Positions 46,008-56,310 of a DNA stretch of 64,000 bases are shown here, piece after piece (position 1 is the stretch's first letter; each line of letters opens with the position of its first letter). The stretch is from a virus. Where the stretch lies: the IMG/VR virus record IMGVR_UViG_3300027418_000370, one strand, 5' to 3'. Both the position numbers and the translations under genes were made by a program. Below the pieces are notes generated by a model. It had not been told where the DNA came from, did not search any database, and saw only the letters and a program-made list of their open reading frames with translations.

Positions 46008-46492
46008 GTATATTCGGTAGTCAAAGAGATTTCGGTTTAATTAAAAAGATGAACCGTGCTCTGCTCAGAGATATTATCGAGCAGGAGATTGGCTATTATA
46101 AAATCTCACTTAACGAGACTCAAGCTAACATCTACGGAGAGTCTAGCGAAAAGATGTACTACAGCCCTGTATTAATGCAGTGTTTGATTACTAGAGGAGA
46201 TCAAGTATATACTGTAGATGATTTTGGACCTGATCTTACTCGTACTTTATCATTTGCATTTTTAAGAGATGATTTAGTTGATCAGAACTTAGTACCTGAA
46301 GTAGGAGACATTATCATGCTAAATGAAAACTACTACGAAGTAGACATAGTAAGAGAGAATCAATTCTTCTTCGGTAAAGATAATAATTACAACTACGGAA
46401 GAACAGGTGAACACGGAGCTAGTATTTCAATTGTCTGTGATGCTCACTTAACGAGAACAGACAAACTAAACATTACACAAGTTAGACCGTAA
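46004..46492 (+). CDS. Neck/head-closure protein (gp14-like)
   Basis: NIYGES..K.Y, PEVGDII..NENYYEV. Confidence 0.7.
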   Translation: MSIFGSQRDFGLIKKMNRALLRDIIEQEIGYYKISLNETQANIYGESSEKMYYSPVLMQCLITRGDQVYTVDDFGPDLTRTLSFAFLRDDLVDQNLVPEVGDIIMLNENYYEVDIVRENQFFFGKDNNYNYGRTGEHGASISIVCDAHLTRTDKLNITQVRP

Positions 46493-47727
46493 TGGCGCAG
46501 TATAAAAGAAAAAAACCGACACCGAAAACTCAATCGGAGTTAGCACGTGAGCAAATACAAGCTTATGATGCTACCAGAGGTACTGTGCCTGCTTCTACAA
46601 AACTAAACAGAGAGAATCAGCTTTCACTTAAAGACGATACGGTAAAACTTCCTGTTGTAAGTTTAAAAGACATCGATGAAGCAATCGTATACTACTTTAA
46701 GAATATAATTAAACCATCAGTTGTACAGAATGGCAGTAAGCTTGACGTACCAATTCTCTACGGATCACCAGAAAGATGGGCAGCTGTACAAAAGGACGGC
46801 TTCTATAGAGACAAAGACGGTAAGCTTCAAGTGCCGTTAATCATGTTCCGTAAAAGTAACATTGAGAAGAATAGATCATTAGGTAATAAGCTAGACGGTA
46901 ACGAAGTTAGTAACTTTGTTATTTACGAAAAGAAGTATTCCAAGAGAAACATCTACGATAGATTTTCCTTAATTTCTAATCGTCAACCATCCAAAGAACT
47001 CTACGGAGTTGTAATACCAGATTACGTTACAGTAACCTACCAATGTATTATCTATACCGATTATGTAGAGCAATGTGACAAGCTAATTGAAGCATTAAAC
47101 TTTGCTTCTGATTCATACTGGGGGGATAAAGAACGCTACCGCTTTAGAGCTAGAATTGATTCCTATACTCCTACCATTGAGATGGCTCAAGGAAGTGATA
47201 GAGCAGTAAAGGCTACATTTAGCTTAGTGCTCCACGGGTATATTATCACAGATACTTACAACCGCGATAAAGCTAACCTTAAGAAATTCTACTCTAAGGC
47301 TCAGGTTAACTTTGGATTCGAGACTGTAGGAGATTTAGAAACGTTAACAGCAGCATCTAGAACACCTCAAGAAGCAGCTCCGGCTAGATTCTTTGACAGT
47401 CAGATTGGTGCATTCCAACCACCACCAGGAACAGGAGGTATGACAGGAGCAGAGATTACATTTATTAGCTTGAACACAACAGCTATAGCGGATACAGTCA
47501 TCAGTAATAAAGCTACGTTTAACAACCGTACTATTGCCACAGCACCTTCAGGCTTTACTATCGATGAATCAAGCTTCCAGGTATACGTTAACGGTATCTT
47601 AATCCCATCTACTCAGAGAACAACATCTCAAGTAGGAGCTAATATTGAAGTACTCTTTGATACCAACGCAATTCAGTACGAAATGCTACCGGACTTTGAA
47701 GTTATATTAGCAGGTAAGTTTACATAA
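46492..47727 (+). CDS. Tail terminator/sheath stabiliser (gp15-like) with C-terminal extension
   Basis: VPILYGSPERW, PLIMF, PDYVTVTY; position after neck genes. Confidence 0.65.
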   Translation: MAQYKRKKPTPKTQSELAREQIQAYDATRGTVPASTKLNRENQLSLKDDTVKLPVVSLKDIDEAIVYYFKNIIKPSVVQNGSKLDVPILYGSPERWAAVQKDGFYRDKDGKLQVPLIMFRKSNIEKNRSLGNKLDGNEVSNFVIYEKKYSKRNIYDRFSLISNRQPSKELYGVVIPDYVTVTYQCIIYTDYVEQCDKLIEALNFASDSYWGDKERYRFRARIDSYTPTIEMAQGSDRAVKATFSLVLHGYIITDTYNRDKANLKKFYSKAQVNFGFETVGDLETLTAASRTPQEAAPARFFDSQIGAFQPPPGTGGMTGAEITFISLNTTAIADTVISNKATFNNRTIATAPSGFTIDESSFQVYVNGILIPSTQRTTSQVGANIEVLFDTNAIQYEMLPDFEVILAGKFT

Positions 47728-47728
47728 T

Positions 47729-47986
47729 ATGGCACGAGTTCACCTATCACAACTAAACCCTTCTGGTTCGCTAAATATCACAGGTAGCTTTAGCGTAGCT
47801 GGTCAATCTGTATTCTATCAGACCGATAGTACAATAGCAGCATTAATAGTATCAGGAGCCATGGAGATTGTTAAATCTACTCTAGCAGCACAAGCTGTTT
47901 CTGGTTCACTTTCGATTCAAGGCCTCGGCACTCTTGCAGATACTGGATCAAGAGAGACCATCGATCTCGGTACAGATGACTTTTAA
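47729..47986 (+). CDS. Small virion protein
   Basis: Four SGS/TGS motifs in 85 aa. Confidence 0.55.
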   Translation: MARVHLSQLNPSGSLNITGSFSVAGQSVFYQTDSTIAALIVSGAMEIVKSTLAAQAVSGSLSIQGLGTLADTGSRETIDLGTDDF

Positions 47987-48004
47987 TTAAAATACATATA
48001 AGGT

Positions 48005-48033
48005 TAGGAGCCGGCTTATCGCCGGCTTTCCTA
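48005..48033 (+). terminator. Hairpin/terminator abutting a late promoter
   Basis: TAGGAGCCGGC-TTATC-GCCGGCTTTCCTA, followed by TATTTAT. Confidence 0.6.
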
Positions 48034-48091
48034 TTTATTATAGTCCTATATAGGGCAACCCGGTATATACCTTCAAAACGTTACCATACAT

Positions 48092-49924
48092 ATGGCTCAA
48101 ACATTAAGACTGAAGCGATCCTCCGTTCCAGGAAGAGTGCCAACCACGGCCACTCTGCAGACTGGTGAGATCGCGATAAATACAGCCGACGGCTTAGTGT
48201 ACATCCGTAAGGATGACGACACTATTATTCCGTTATTGGGAGCCAATACAACCATCACCGGATCAATCACTTTACTAGGTAGCGTAGAAGCAACATCATT
48301 TACTGGATCCTTCTCAGGATCAGCTGAAGGGCTTAGAGGAGTAGTATTAGATTACTCTGCATCTGCTGGTGACGGTATGCTAGCCTTTACGTACAACGGG
48401 TCTGCCGATGCTATTATTAGCTTAGATACAGGATCGAATCATTTTGTTAACGCTGTAGTCGACTTAATCGGTACTACCCCACCGAATATTATAGCTCAAG
48501 ATACAACTGGAGCAGGAGGTATAGATTTATCTTATAACTCAACCACAGGAGTACTTAGCGGTTCACTTCTCTACTCAGACATACAGCTGGGTTCTACCTC
48601 TATACAACTTGGTAACTCTGCTGCTTCAGTAACAAACTTTAATCTCGAGAATACAAAATCTACCGGATCCTTCTCAGGATCATTTGTAGGAGACCTTACC
48701 GGTACCTTATCAACCTCTGCTTCAGCAGGACCGGGTATACTGCCGTTTACTTTTGATGGTACGTCCAACGCAACTGTTGGAATCGATTCAGCTTCGTATG
48801 AATTTAGGAAAGCAGTACACGATTCAATTATAATCGTGGATACTTATACCTCATCAGGTATTAATTTAGAGTTTAATGAGATAGGTCAGAGCTTCTACTT
48901 ATCTGCACACCTACAGAGTCCGTTTATGACCGTAGGTAGCTCGTACTTACAACTATCAGGTATTTACGAAAGCCTTAGCGATTTAACCTTAATTAACACT
49001 ACCGCATCAGGATCATTTACAGGATCGTTCACCGGTAATTTAGAAGGTACTTCTAGCTGGGCAGAAAATGCAGCAACAGCTTCTTCAGCTGACGATTTTC
49101 TAGTAAGAGGAGATCTAAATGTAAATGGTACTGTAACAGCGAGAGAATTTCATACAACGTTTGTTTCTGCTTCAATAGTATACTCTTCCGGTTCAACAAA
49201 ATTCGGTGATACAGCAGATGATATACATCAATTTACAGGTTCTGTAACTGTTGACGGAAACACCAAATCAGATGACGTTACAATTAACGACTGGGGATCA
49301 ATATCTGCTTCTCTCTCTAGTATCTCTACTAGTGCATCCGGTCAAACGTTACAGCAGGTAACTACTAATGGAAACTCTACTACTTTAGTAATTAGTGCTT
49401 CTAATTTAAACATTACAGACTTTCCAGATGTATCTGCTTCTTTAGCTAGTTTAGGAAACTACAACCTGCAGAACATCACAGATAAAGGAAACTCTACTAC
49501 TTTAGTAATTAGTGCTTCTAATTTAAATATTACAGGATTTCCTGATGTATCTGCTTCTCTAGCAGACCTATACGGTACTTCAGCGAGCTTTGCAAGCGAG
49601 TTAACTCTCGTATCTGCAACAGCTTCAGCAGCATATAATTTTACATTACAGGATATCACAGATAATGGAAACAGTACTACCTTAGTAGTATCAGCTTCCA
49701 ACTTAAATATCACAGGCTTCCCAGACGTTTCTGCTTCTTTAGCAGCAATAAGCGGCAGTACCGTAACTGCAAATGCACTAACGTTACAGGAAGTAACTGA
49801 CAATGGAAACCAGACAACAAATCACGTATCAATCAGCAGTAGCTTAAACGTACAAGATTCTATATACTCTAAAGGAGAGGAAGTATTAGATTTTGCAGTA
49901 GCTATGGCAATAGCATTAGGATAA
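48092..49924 (+). CDS. Tail fibre protein
   Basis: N-terminal LRLKRSSVPGRVPT...GEIAINTADG; C-terminal AVAMAIALG; internal repeats. Confidence 0.8.
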   Translation: MAQTLRLKRSSVPGRVPTTATLQTGEIAINTADGLVYIRKDDDTIIPLLGANTTITGSITLLGSVEATSFTGSFSGSAEGLRGVVLDYSASAGDGMLAFTYNGSADAIISLDTGSNHFVNAVVDLIGTTPPNIIAQDTTGAGGIDLSYNSTTGVLSGSLLYSDIQLGSTSIQLGNSAASVTNFNLENTKSTGSFSGSFVGDLTGTLSTSASAGPGILPFTFDGTSNATVGIDSASYEFRKAVHDSIIIVDTYTSSGINLEFNEIGQSFYLSAHLQSPFMTVGSSYLQLSGIYESLSDLTLINTTASGSFTGSFTGNLEGTSSWAENAATASSADDFLVRGDLNVNGTVTAREFHTTFVSASIVYSSGSTKFGDTADDIHQFTGSVTVDGNTKSDDVTINDWGSISASLSSISTSASGQTLQQVTTNGNSTTLVISASNLNITDFPDVSASLASLGNYNLQNITDKGNSTTLVISASNLNITGFPDVSASLADLYGTSASFASELTLVSATASAAYNFTLQDITDNGNSTTLVVSASNLNITGFPDVSASLAAISGSTVTANALTLQEVTDNGNQTTNHVSISSSLNVQDSIYSKGEEVLDFAVAMAIALG

Positions 49925-49925
49925 G

Positions 49926-50255
49926 ATGGCAAACACATTCAAAAACAAAGTAATAGCAGCAATAGGTCCAGTAGCCGAAGGTTATACTGTTCCTGCTTCT
50001 ACAACTACAACTGTAATCGGTATGGCAATTGCTAACCGTACTGCAGCTACTATCACAGTAGATGCTGAGGTAGTAGATACTTCTGCAGGTGTTACCGCAT
50101 ACTTACTTAAAGACGGTATTATTGCAGCAGGAGGAAGTTTAGTTGTTGTAGGAGGAGATCAAAAAGTAGTACTAGAAACTACAGATGTTTTACAAGTGGC
50201 TTCTAACGTATCTTCTTCAGCAGATGTAGTTATATCAATGATGGAAACAACCTAA
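49926..50255 (+). CDS. Small fibre-associated protein
   Basis: MANTFKN..YTVPASTTTTVIG..KVVLETTDVL; follows an AMAIALG-ending fibre. Confidence 0.7.
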   Translation: MANTFKNKVIAAIGPVAEGYTVPASTTTTVIGMAIANRTAATITVDAEVVDTSAGVTAYLLKDGIIAAGGSLVVVGGDQKVVLETTDVLQVASNVSSSADVVISMMETT

Positions 50256-50260
50256 GATAG

Positions 50261-53200
50261 ATGAGCAATAAAACGTACATAGGTTTACATCCTAACAACC
50301 TTAACCGTACAGAGTACGGGCAAGTCGTTCTCTACGTTGAAGGAGAACCGGTTGCCTTTTTCTCCGGATCTCAGGATGTTATAATTAGCGGAAGCCTTGC
50401 TATTGAAGGTATTACAAACGTATCTGCTTCTATTGCAGCAGCATTAAGTCTGGATACCGGTAGCTTTATGATCACAGGCTCTGTAAACAACGATACTATT
50501 ACGTTTACTCAAGGAGACGGCACTACATTTGATATTATTATCACTAGTGTTACATCTTCTATAAGTGCATCATTTGCTCAAAATACATTAAGCGCATCTT
50601 ATGCTGCGACAGCATCGTCTGCTGATGCATTTTTAGTAAGACAGGACCTTACAGTACAAGGAATAGTAACAGCTAAGGAGTTTCATACAGAATTTGTAAG
50701 TGCATCAATTATTTATCAGTCTGGCTCTACTAAATTTGGCGATACTTCAGACGATACTCATGCATTCACAGGATCAGTAACTGTAACAGAAACCATATCA
50801 TCTTCAGACGCATACATTAACGACTGGGGATCGATATCAGCTTCTTTATCTACTATTCAAGATGCATCAAGCGGTATATCACTAGAACAAGCAGCTGCTA
50901 TTGGTAATACAATCACAGGTTCGAGCATCGGTATTGGAACAAGCTCTCCAACTAATACTCTACATGTAGCAGCTAACAGTGATTACCCTGTTAAGATACA
51001 GTCTTTAAATCTTACAGGAGATCCCTACCTAGAAGTAGGCGGTCAATCATTAAGAATTATCGACCCAGACGGAGGTATTTTCAGTATATGGTTTGACAGT
51101 AACTCAGGAGCATCCCCAACTAGAATAATAACTTTTGGAGAAAATTCCTTTAACGTTACAGGCAGTGTTTCTGTAGGTCAAGATCTTAGCATTGGAACAA
51201 TTACAAACGCTACAGTAGACACAGATAAATTCTTAGTATCTAACGGAGGTACTGTTGAATATAGAACAGGAGCACAGTTAGCTTCTGATATTGGAGCACA
51301 GATCGCAGTTCCTACTCTAGCACAGGTACTATCCTCAGGTAACACCTCTGCGCTAGGTATGTCCGTAGGACCTATCACAGGTTCAACACTTTCAATACAA
51401 GGACAGGGGCTAGTAAGTAGTAACTTTTTTGTAGGAAGTAGACTAAGCATTAACGTTGTAGATAACTACGGTACCGATCCTGACAAGTTTTTAGTAATAG
51501 ATACTACAGGTAGTGTAAAGTATAGAACAGGAGCTCAAGTACGCTCGGATATCGGTGCAATTGGCTCTGGAGATCCTACACTAGATTCTGTAACAGATAA
51601 CGGCAGTATCACCACTAACAGTATACAGGTAGGAACCATCAGTGGATCTGACTTAAGACTGAGTAACGTACTGCAGAGCGGACTTGATACAGATAAATTT
51701 CTAGTACACGGCAGTACAGGTGATGTACTTTACAGAACAGGAGCTCAAGTACTATCAGATATTGGTGCAGCCAGCTCTACATTAAACTTACAGCAAGTTA
51801 CTGTAAACGGAAACTCTACAAGCACAGCTATTACAGCTTCTGCTCTACGTATCAACGGTTCGGGAGAGTTTACCGGTAACCTAACTGTAGGAGGAACTAT
51901 AACAGCGCAGGAATTTCATACAGAGTATGTAACCGCTGCAGTGATATACGAATCCGGTTCAACAAAATTCGGTGACACTGTTGATGATACACATACCTTC
52001 ACCGGGTCTCTTAATGTACTGGGTAACCTAGATTCAACAGATTCGTATATTGACGATTGGGGGTCTATTTCTGCTTCTTTAGCAAGCCTATCCTCTTCAG
52101 CAACACCTAGTACCTTTGACGGAGATAGGCCAATCACACAACCTTTACTTCCTACCTTAGTTAACTATAATCCAGGTACTACCACAGTCTCTCAATTCCT
52201 TGAGCAGGTATTCTACCCAGATCCAGGCTTTGGTATTGAGATCTTAACTAACGAACCTTTCTATATCTTAGAAAGTGAATTAAGCGGTTCTCATGTTAGA
52301 GGAGCTACTACAACTAATACTCCCGTAGGTAACTACTACAATGTATTTGAATCAGCATCATTTACAGCTAATACGTCAGTAACATGGTCCATACAGACTA
52401 ACTCAGTATTAGATATTGAACCTCTAACAGGTAAGCTCTTTATTAAGATTAATCTTAGCGGTAGTGCTACATACCAAGCACCTAAAGTTATTTCAGGTAC
52501 AGTAACAGCAAATGCTACTTCTGGAGGATATAAGACAAGAGACTTTACAGTAACCGTACTTGACAATACAGGTCCAACCATTAGTACATCAGATATAACT
52601 AACTATTCCCCAAAAGCAGCTAGCTTTGTTACTGCTTCTGGTGCTTATATTGGAGAAGTTTACATTAACGAACAAGCAGATCCTGCAGGACCTCCTACTA
52701 TTCATACATTTGGGGGAACTAATCCTTCTTTCTTCTCTTCTTCTCTGTATAATCAACTTGCAGGAGTAAGTTACTACAAGATCTATACTACTCAAGCTCT
52801 AAACAGTGGAAGCTACGTACTAAACTTTACCGGCAGTGACCTATACGGCAACGAAGCATCAGCCTCTTCTACATTAGTAATTGATGCTAACACAGCACCA
52901 GTCTTAACAGTGTTCTTACCATTTAGTGGGCAGATACAAAACTACTCATCAGGGTCTATCTACGGCAGTATTACTGTAACAGATAACGCTGGTGATGCTA
53001 TTGATACATTTACTCTGTCAGGACCTGATGCCAGTTACTTTGCAGTAAATAGAATATCTTCCAATATGGGAGGACTGAGTGCTAGAGGTCAAGGATCAGG
53101 AACAGGTAATGAGAAGTGGGCTGTTAACTTTAATACAACACCTCCATTTACAGGTACATACAATATTACAGCTTCTGCAACAGATAATTTTGCATTCACA

Positions 53201-56200
53201 GGATCTTTAGCAATTCCTAACACACTATCTGCTACTACTCCTTCACTGCCTTCTCCTAACGGTACATTCTATGTTATAGAAAGTGCATTAACTGGAGCTA
53301 GTGTAACTACAGCAACAAGCGGAATTGCAGGAACAGTAGCCACAATGACTACTAACCAGCCCGTTAGCTGGTCCTTATCAGATGACTTAAGTGGAAAGCT
53401 AGCAATCTCAGGTAGTGCAGTTGGGTACATTACTCTAAAAGATAATCTAAGTGGCTCAGCCTACCAAAATGGTAGCGTACTCTCAGGAGTAGTAAGAGCT
53501 ACTAACACCTACGGTCTCTATAAAGAGAATAATATAAGTGTAACTATAACAGATAACGTTGGAGCATCGATCTCTCCGAATTTAAGCTTCCTTAACAACT
53601 ACTACACTAAAGATGGAGCAGCAGGCTTTGGAAACATCTTAGTTTTTGATCCTCAATCAATTGAAAACGTACAACTTGTAGGTATTGGCGGCCCCGATGG
53701 GGATAAATTTATATTCGTAAGCCAGTCAGCAGGACAGAGTGTACTGTATCCATTCTCTTCTTCTCAAGCTTTAAATAGCGGAAGCTATATAGTAGGAGTT
53801 ACAGCTAGCGACTCTTACGGACAATTTACCTCTCAAAGCTTTACAGTATCGGTCTTTGCTAATAATCCTCCAGTCATTGGACTATATAGTGGATCCTCCA
53901 CAGTTACATCCTATCAACCGGACATTGCTCAAGCAGTTTCTGGATCTACGTTAGGTTACGTACAAGTTAACGATGGAGATAGCGGAATAGACGGCATCGC
54001 ATCCTTCAACTTTACCGGTACTGATGCTGCTAAATTTGATGCTGTACCTAACGGACAGGTTGGAAACGAGTACGTATATCTTATCAAGACTGCAGAAAGC
54101 CTAACATCAGGTACATATAATCTAACAGGATCAGCTGTAGATGGATTTGGATTCACAACAATTAAACCTATCCCGGTAACAGCTACAGTACAGGCTCCTT
54201 CTATTCCTGACTCAAACGATCCATTTTACATCATCGAAAGTGCTGTAAGTGGCGCTTTTGTATACAATAGTACCACCGGATTCTCAGGCACACAAGCACA
54301 GTTTACAACAAACCAAGCTGTAACATGGAGCTTAACAAATGGAACATATTTAGCTATTGATTCTAACGGTAAGTTATCAGCTAAAGTACACATCAGCGGC
54401 TCTGCCAAGCAGGCTGGTAATACAATTACCGATGAAGTAGTAGCAACTAACACCTTTGGTGCTTCTAGATCTCTTCCCTTTAGTGTGGCAGTAGTAGATG
54501 ATTTAGATCCTGTTATTACGAATACTTTAGCAGGTAAAAATAATAATAAAACTACTACAGCTACAGGCTTTGGAACCATCACAATTTCTGATCCGCAATC
54601 TCTGGGCAACGTTTCGTTAACAGACTTTAACGGACCAGACGTAGGTAGCTTTACATTCTCAGCAGGAACTGCAGGCTCTACCAGAGTGTATACAGTTTCC
54701 TCTTCTGCAGCATTAAACAGCGGAAGCTACTCATTTAGTGTTACCGGTAGTGATGCTTACAATCAAATTGCTAAAGCAGCATTTACTATTGCAGTAGCTG
54801 AAAACCTACCTCCTACAGTTAGCTTAACAGGTTTTACTAAGGATGTATCTGATGCTGAAAACAATGAAGTAATCGGATCTGCTTCAATCGCTGATCCTCA
54901 AGATGATAGCATTGTATCCTTCACATTATCCGGTACTGATGCTAGTAAGTTTTCTGCTTCACTAGCAAGCTCTACAGCCACCACAGCACTGTATGCAGTA
55001 CATACAACACAGAATCTAACATCAGGATCTTATAACCTAACAGGTTCTGCTACAGATTCATTCGGACTTACAACAGTTACTCCAATCCCAGTTAATATTA
55101 CTTTAGCAGCACCGGACGTACCTATTAAAAATGCCGTTAACTTCTATATTATTGAAAGTGCACTCAGCGCCTCTCAGGTGGTAGTTAATAGTGACGGATA
55201 TACCGGAGTACAAGCCGATATGAATACTAACCAAGATGTAACCTGGAGTATTAAATCACCTAGTACGTACTTAGCCATCGATAGTAATGGAGGATTATCA
55301 GTTAAAGCTAATATCAGCGGTTCTGCTAAGAACGCCTCAGGTGCTCCTTATAACTTAATTCAGGAGTACGTTGTAGCTACCAACGCTTACGGGGTATCTT
55401 CTGAAGTACTGGTACCAGTTCAAGTTACTGCTAATGCAGCTCCTACCTTATCTTACACAGGTTTATCAGTAGTATCAGGATCGGCAAACGTAGGAAATAC
55501 TGTAGGTACAGTAACAGCCACAGACCCACAATCTCTTGATTCAATCCTATCTATTACTATAACAGGAGGAGCTAACTCTGGCAGTTTTGCATTAGTACAG
55601 ACAGGAGCTACATCTTACACTAAGACCTATAATATTAATGTAGATGGAGCAGGATTAGGAGCTGGAAGCTATGAAGTAGAACTTACTGCTAGAGATAGTT
55701 TCAATAAAACAACAACAGAAACTAAAACAGTTACCGTGCAAAGTACAGGAACAACACCAGTCTACATCTATATTAATACAATTAATAGATCTAACCTCGA
55801 TAATACAGAGGCGCAAGCACTTGCAGCTATCGGAGCTCAATTCTACGAACAGTACGACTATGCGAACCCGGACTATCCGTTAGCTGAATGGATTGCTGGT
55901 AATATCGGAGATCCAATCACAGTATCGGGGCAAGGTACAGCAACACCGAAAACAGACGGTACTGTAGCAGACCTATTAGAAATTAAGACATTAGGAACTA
56001 TAACACAAGATGCAGCCGGTAGCCAACCTCTATTCCTATTCCCATCTTCTTCTGCACTCCCAAGCTTACCTAACACAATGTACTTAGGATCAGACTTCAG
56101 TACTATGCCTGCAGGACAGCATGCATTAATCACTTATGCAACCACACCACCTGCTGTAACAACAGCCGGAGTGTTATATTTTACTACAGATGTAGCAGTA

Positions 56201-56296
56201 GACGGACATACGGAATGGGGTGTTGTTTACGGTTTAACTGGAGCAACTGGTACTAATGAATGGACAATCGCAGCAAGCGGGGATACACTACCTTAA
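50261..56296 (+). CDS. Giant fibre/adhesin with tandem Ig/cadherin-like domains
   Basis: 2011 aa; repeats such as GTDA.KF, LNSGSY, TASDSYG, N.PP. Confidence 0.75.
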   Translation: MSNKTYIGLHPNNLNRTEYGQVVLYVEGEPVAFFSGSQDVIISGSLAIEGITNVSASIAAALSLDTGSFMITGSVNNDTITFTQGDGTTFDIIITSVTSSISASFAQNTLSASYAATASSADAFLVRQDLTVQGIVTAKEFHTEFVSASIIYQSGSTKFGDTSDDTHAFTGSVTVTETISSSDAYINDWGSISASLSTIQDASSGISLEQAAAIGNTITGSSIGIGTSSPTNTLHVAANSDYPVKIQSLNLTGDPYLEVGGQSLRIIDPDGGIFSIWFDSNSGASPTRIITFGENSFNVTGSVSVGQDLSIGTITNATVDTDKFLVSNGGTVEYRTGAQLASDIGAQIAVPTLAQVLSSGNTSALGMSVGPITGSTLSIQGQGLVSSNFFVGSRLSINVVDNYGTDPDKFLVIDTTGSVKYRTGAQVRSDIGAIGSGDPTLDSVTDNGSITTNSIQVGTISGSDLRLSNVLQSGLDTDKFLVHGSTGDVLYRTGAQVLSDIGAASSTLNLQQVTVNGNSTSTAITASALRINGSGEFTGNLTVGGTITAQEFHTEYVTAAVIYESGSTKFGDTVDDTHTFTGSLNVLGNLDSTDSYIDDWGSISASLASLSSSATPSTFDGDRPITQPLLPTLVNYNPGTTTVSQFLEQVFYPDPGFGIEILTNEPFYILESELSGSHVRGATTTNTPVGNYYNVFESASFTANTSVTWSIQTNSVLDIEPLTGKLFIKINLSGSATYQAPKVISGTVTANATSGGYKTRDFTVTVLDNTGPTISTSDITNYSPKAASFVTASGAYIGEVYINEQADPAGPPTIHTFGGTNPSFFSSSLYNQLAGVSYYKIYTTQALNSGSYVLNFTGSDLYGNEASASSTLVIDANTAPVLTVFLPFSGQIQNYSSGSIYGSITVTDNAGDAIDTFTLSGPDASYFAVNRISSNMGGLSARGQGSGTGNEKWAVNFNTTPPFTGTYNITASATDNFAFTGSLAIPNTLSATTPSLPSPNGTFYVIESALTGASVTTATSGIAGTVATMTTNQPVSWSLSDDLSGKLAISGSAVGYITLKDNLSGSAYQNGSVLSGVVRATNTYGLYKENNISVTITDNVGASISPNLSFLNNYYTKDGAAGFGNILVFDPQSIENVQLVGIGGPDGDKFIFVSQSAGQSVLYPFSSSQALNSGSYIVGVTASDSYGQFTSQSFTVSVFANNPPVIGLYSGSSTVTSYQPDIAQAVSGSTLGYVQVNDGDSGIDGIASFNFTGTDAAKFDAVPNGQVGNEYVYLIKTAESLTSGTYNLTGSAVDGFGFTTIKPIPVTATVQAPSIPDSNDPFYIIESAVSGAFVYNSTTGFSGTQAQFTTNQAVTWSLTNGTYLAIDSNGKLSAKVHISGSAKQAGNTITDEVVATNTFGASRSLPFSVAVVDDLDPVITNTLAGKNNNKTTTATGFGTITISDPQSLGNVSLTDFNGPDVGSFTFSAGTAGSTRVYTVSSSAALNSGSYSFSVTGSDAYNQIAKAAFTIAVAENLPPTVSLTGFTKDVSDAENNEVIGSASIADPQDDSIVSFTLSGTDASKFSASLASSTATTALYAVHTTQNLTSGSYNLTGSATDSFGLTTVTPIPVNITLAAPDVPIKNAVNFYIIESALSASQVVVNSDGYTGVQADMNTNQDVTWSIKSPSTYLAIDSNGGLSVKANISGSAKNASGAPYNLIQEYVVATNAYGVSSEVLVPVQVTANAAPTLSYTGLSVVSGSANVGNTVGTVTATDPQSLDSILSITITGGANSGSFALVQTGATSYTKTYNINVDGAGLGAGSYEVELTARDSFNKTTTETKTVTVQSTGTTPVYIYINTINRSNLDNTEAQALAAIGAQFYEQYDYANPDYPLAEWIAGNIGDPITVSGQGTATPKTDGTVADLLEIKTLGTITQDAAGSQPLFLFPSSSALPSLPNTMYLGSDFSTMPAGQHALITYATTPPAVTTAGVLYFTTDVAVDGHTEWGVVYGLTGATGTNEWTIAASGDTLP

Positions 56297-56310
56297 ACAA
56301 TTTATAAGAT

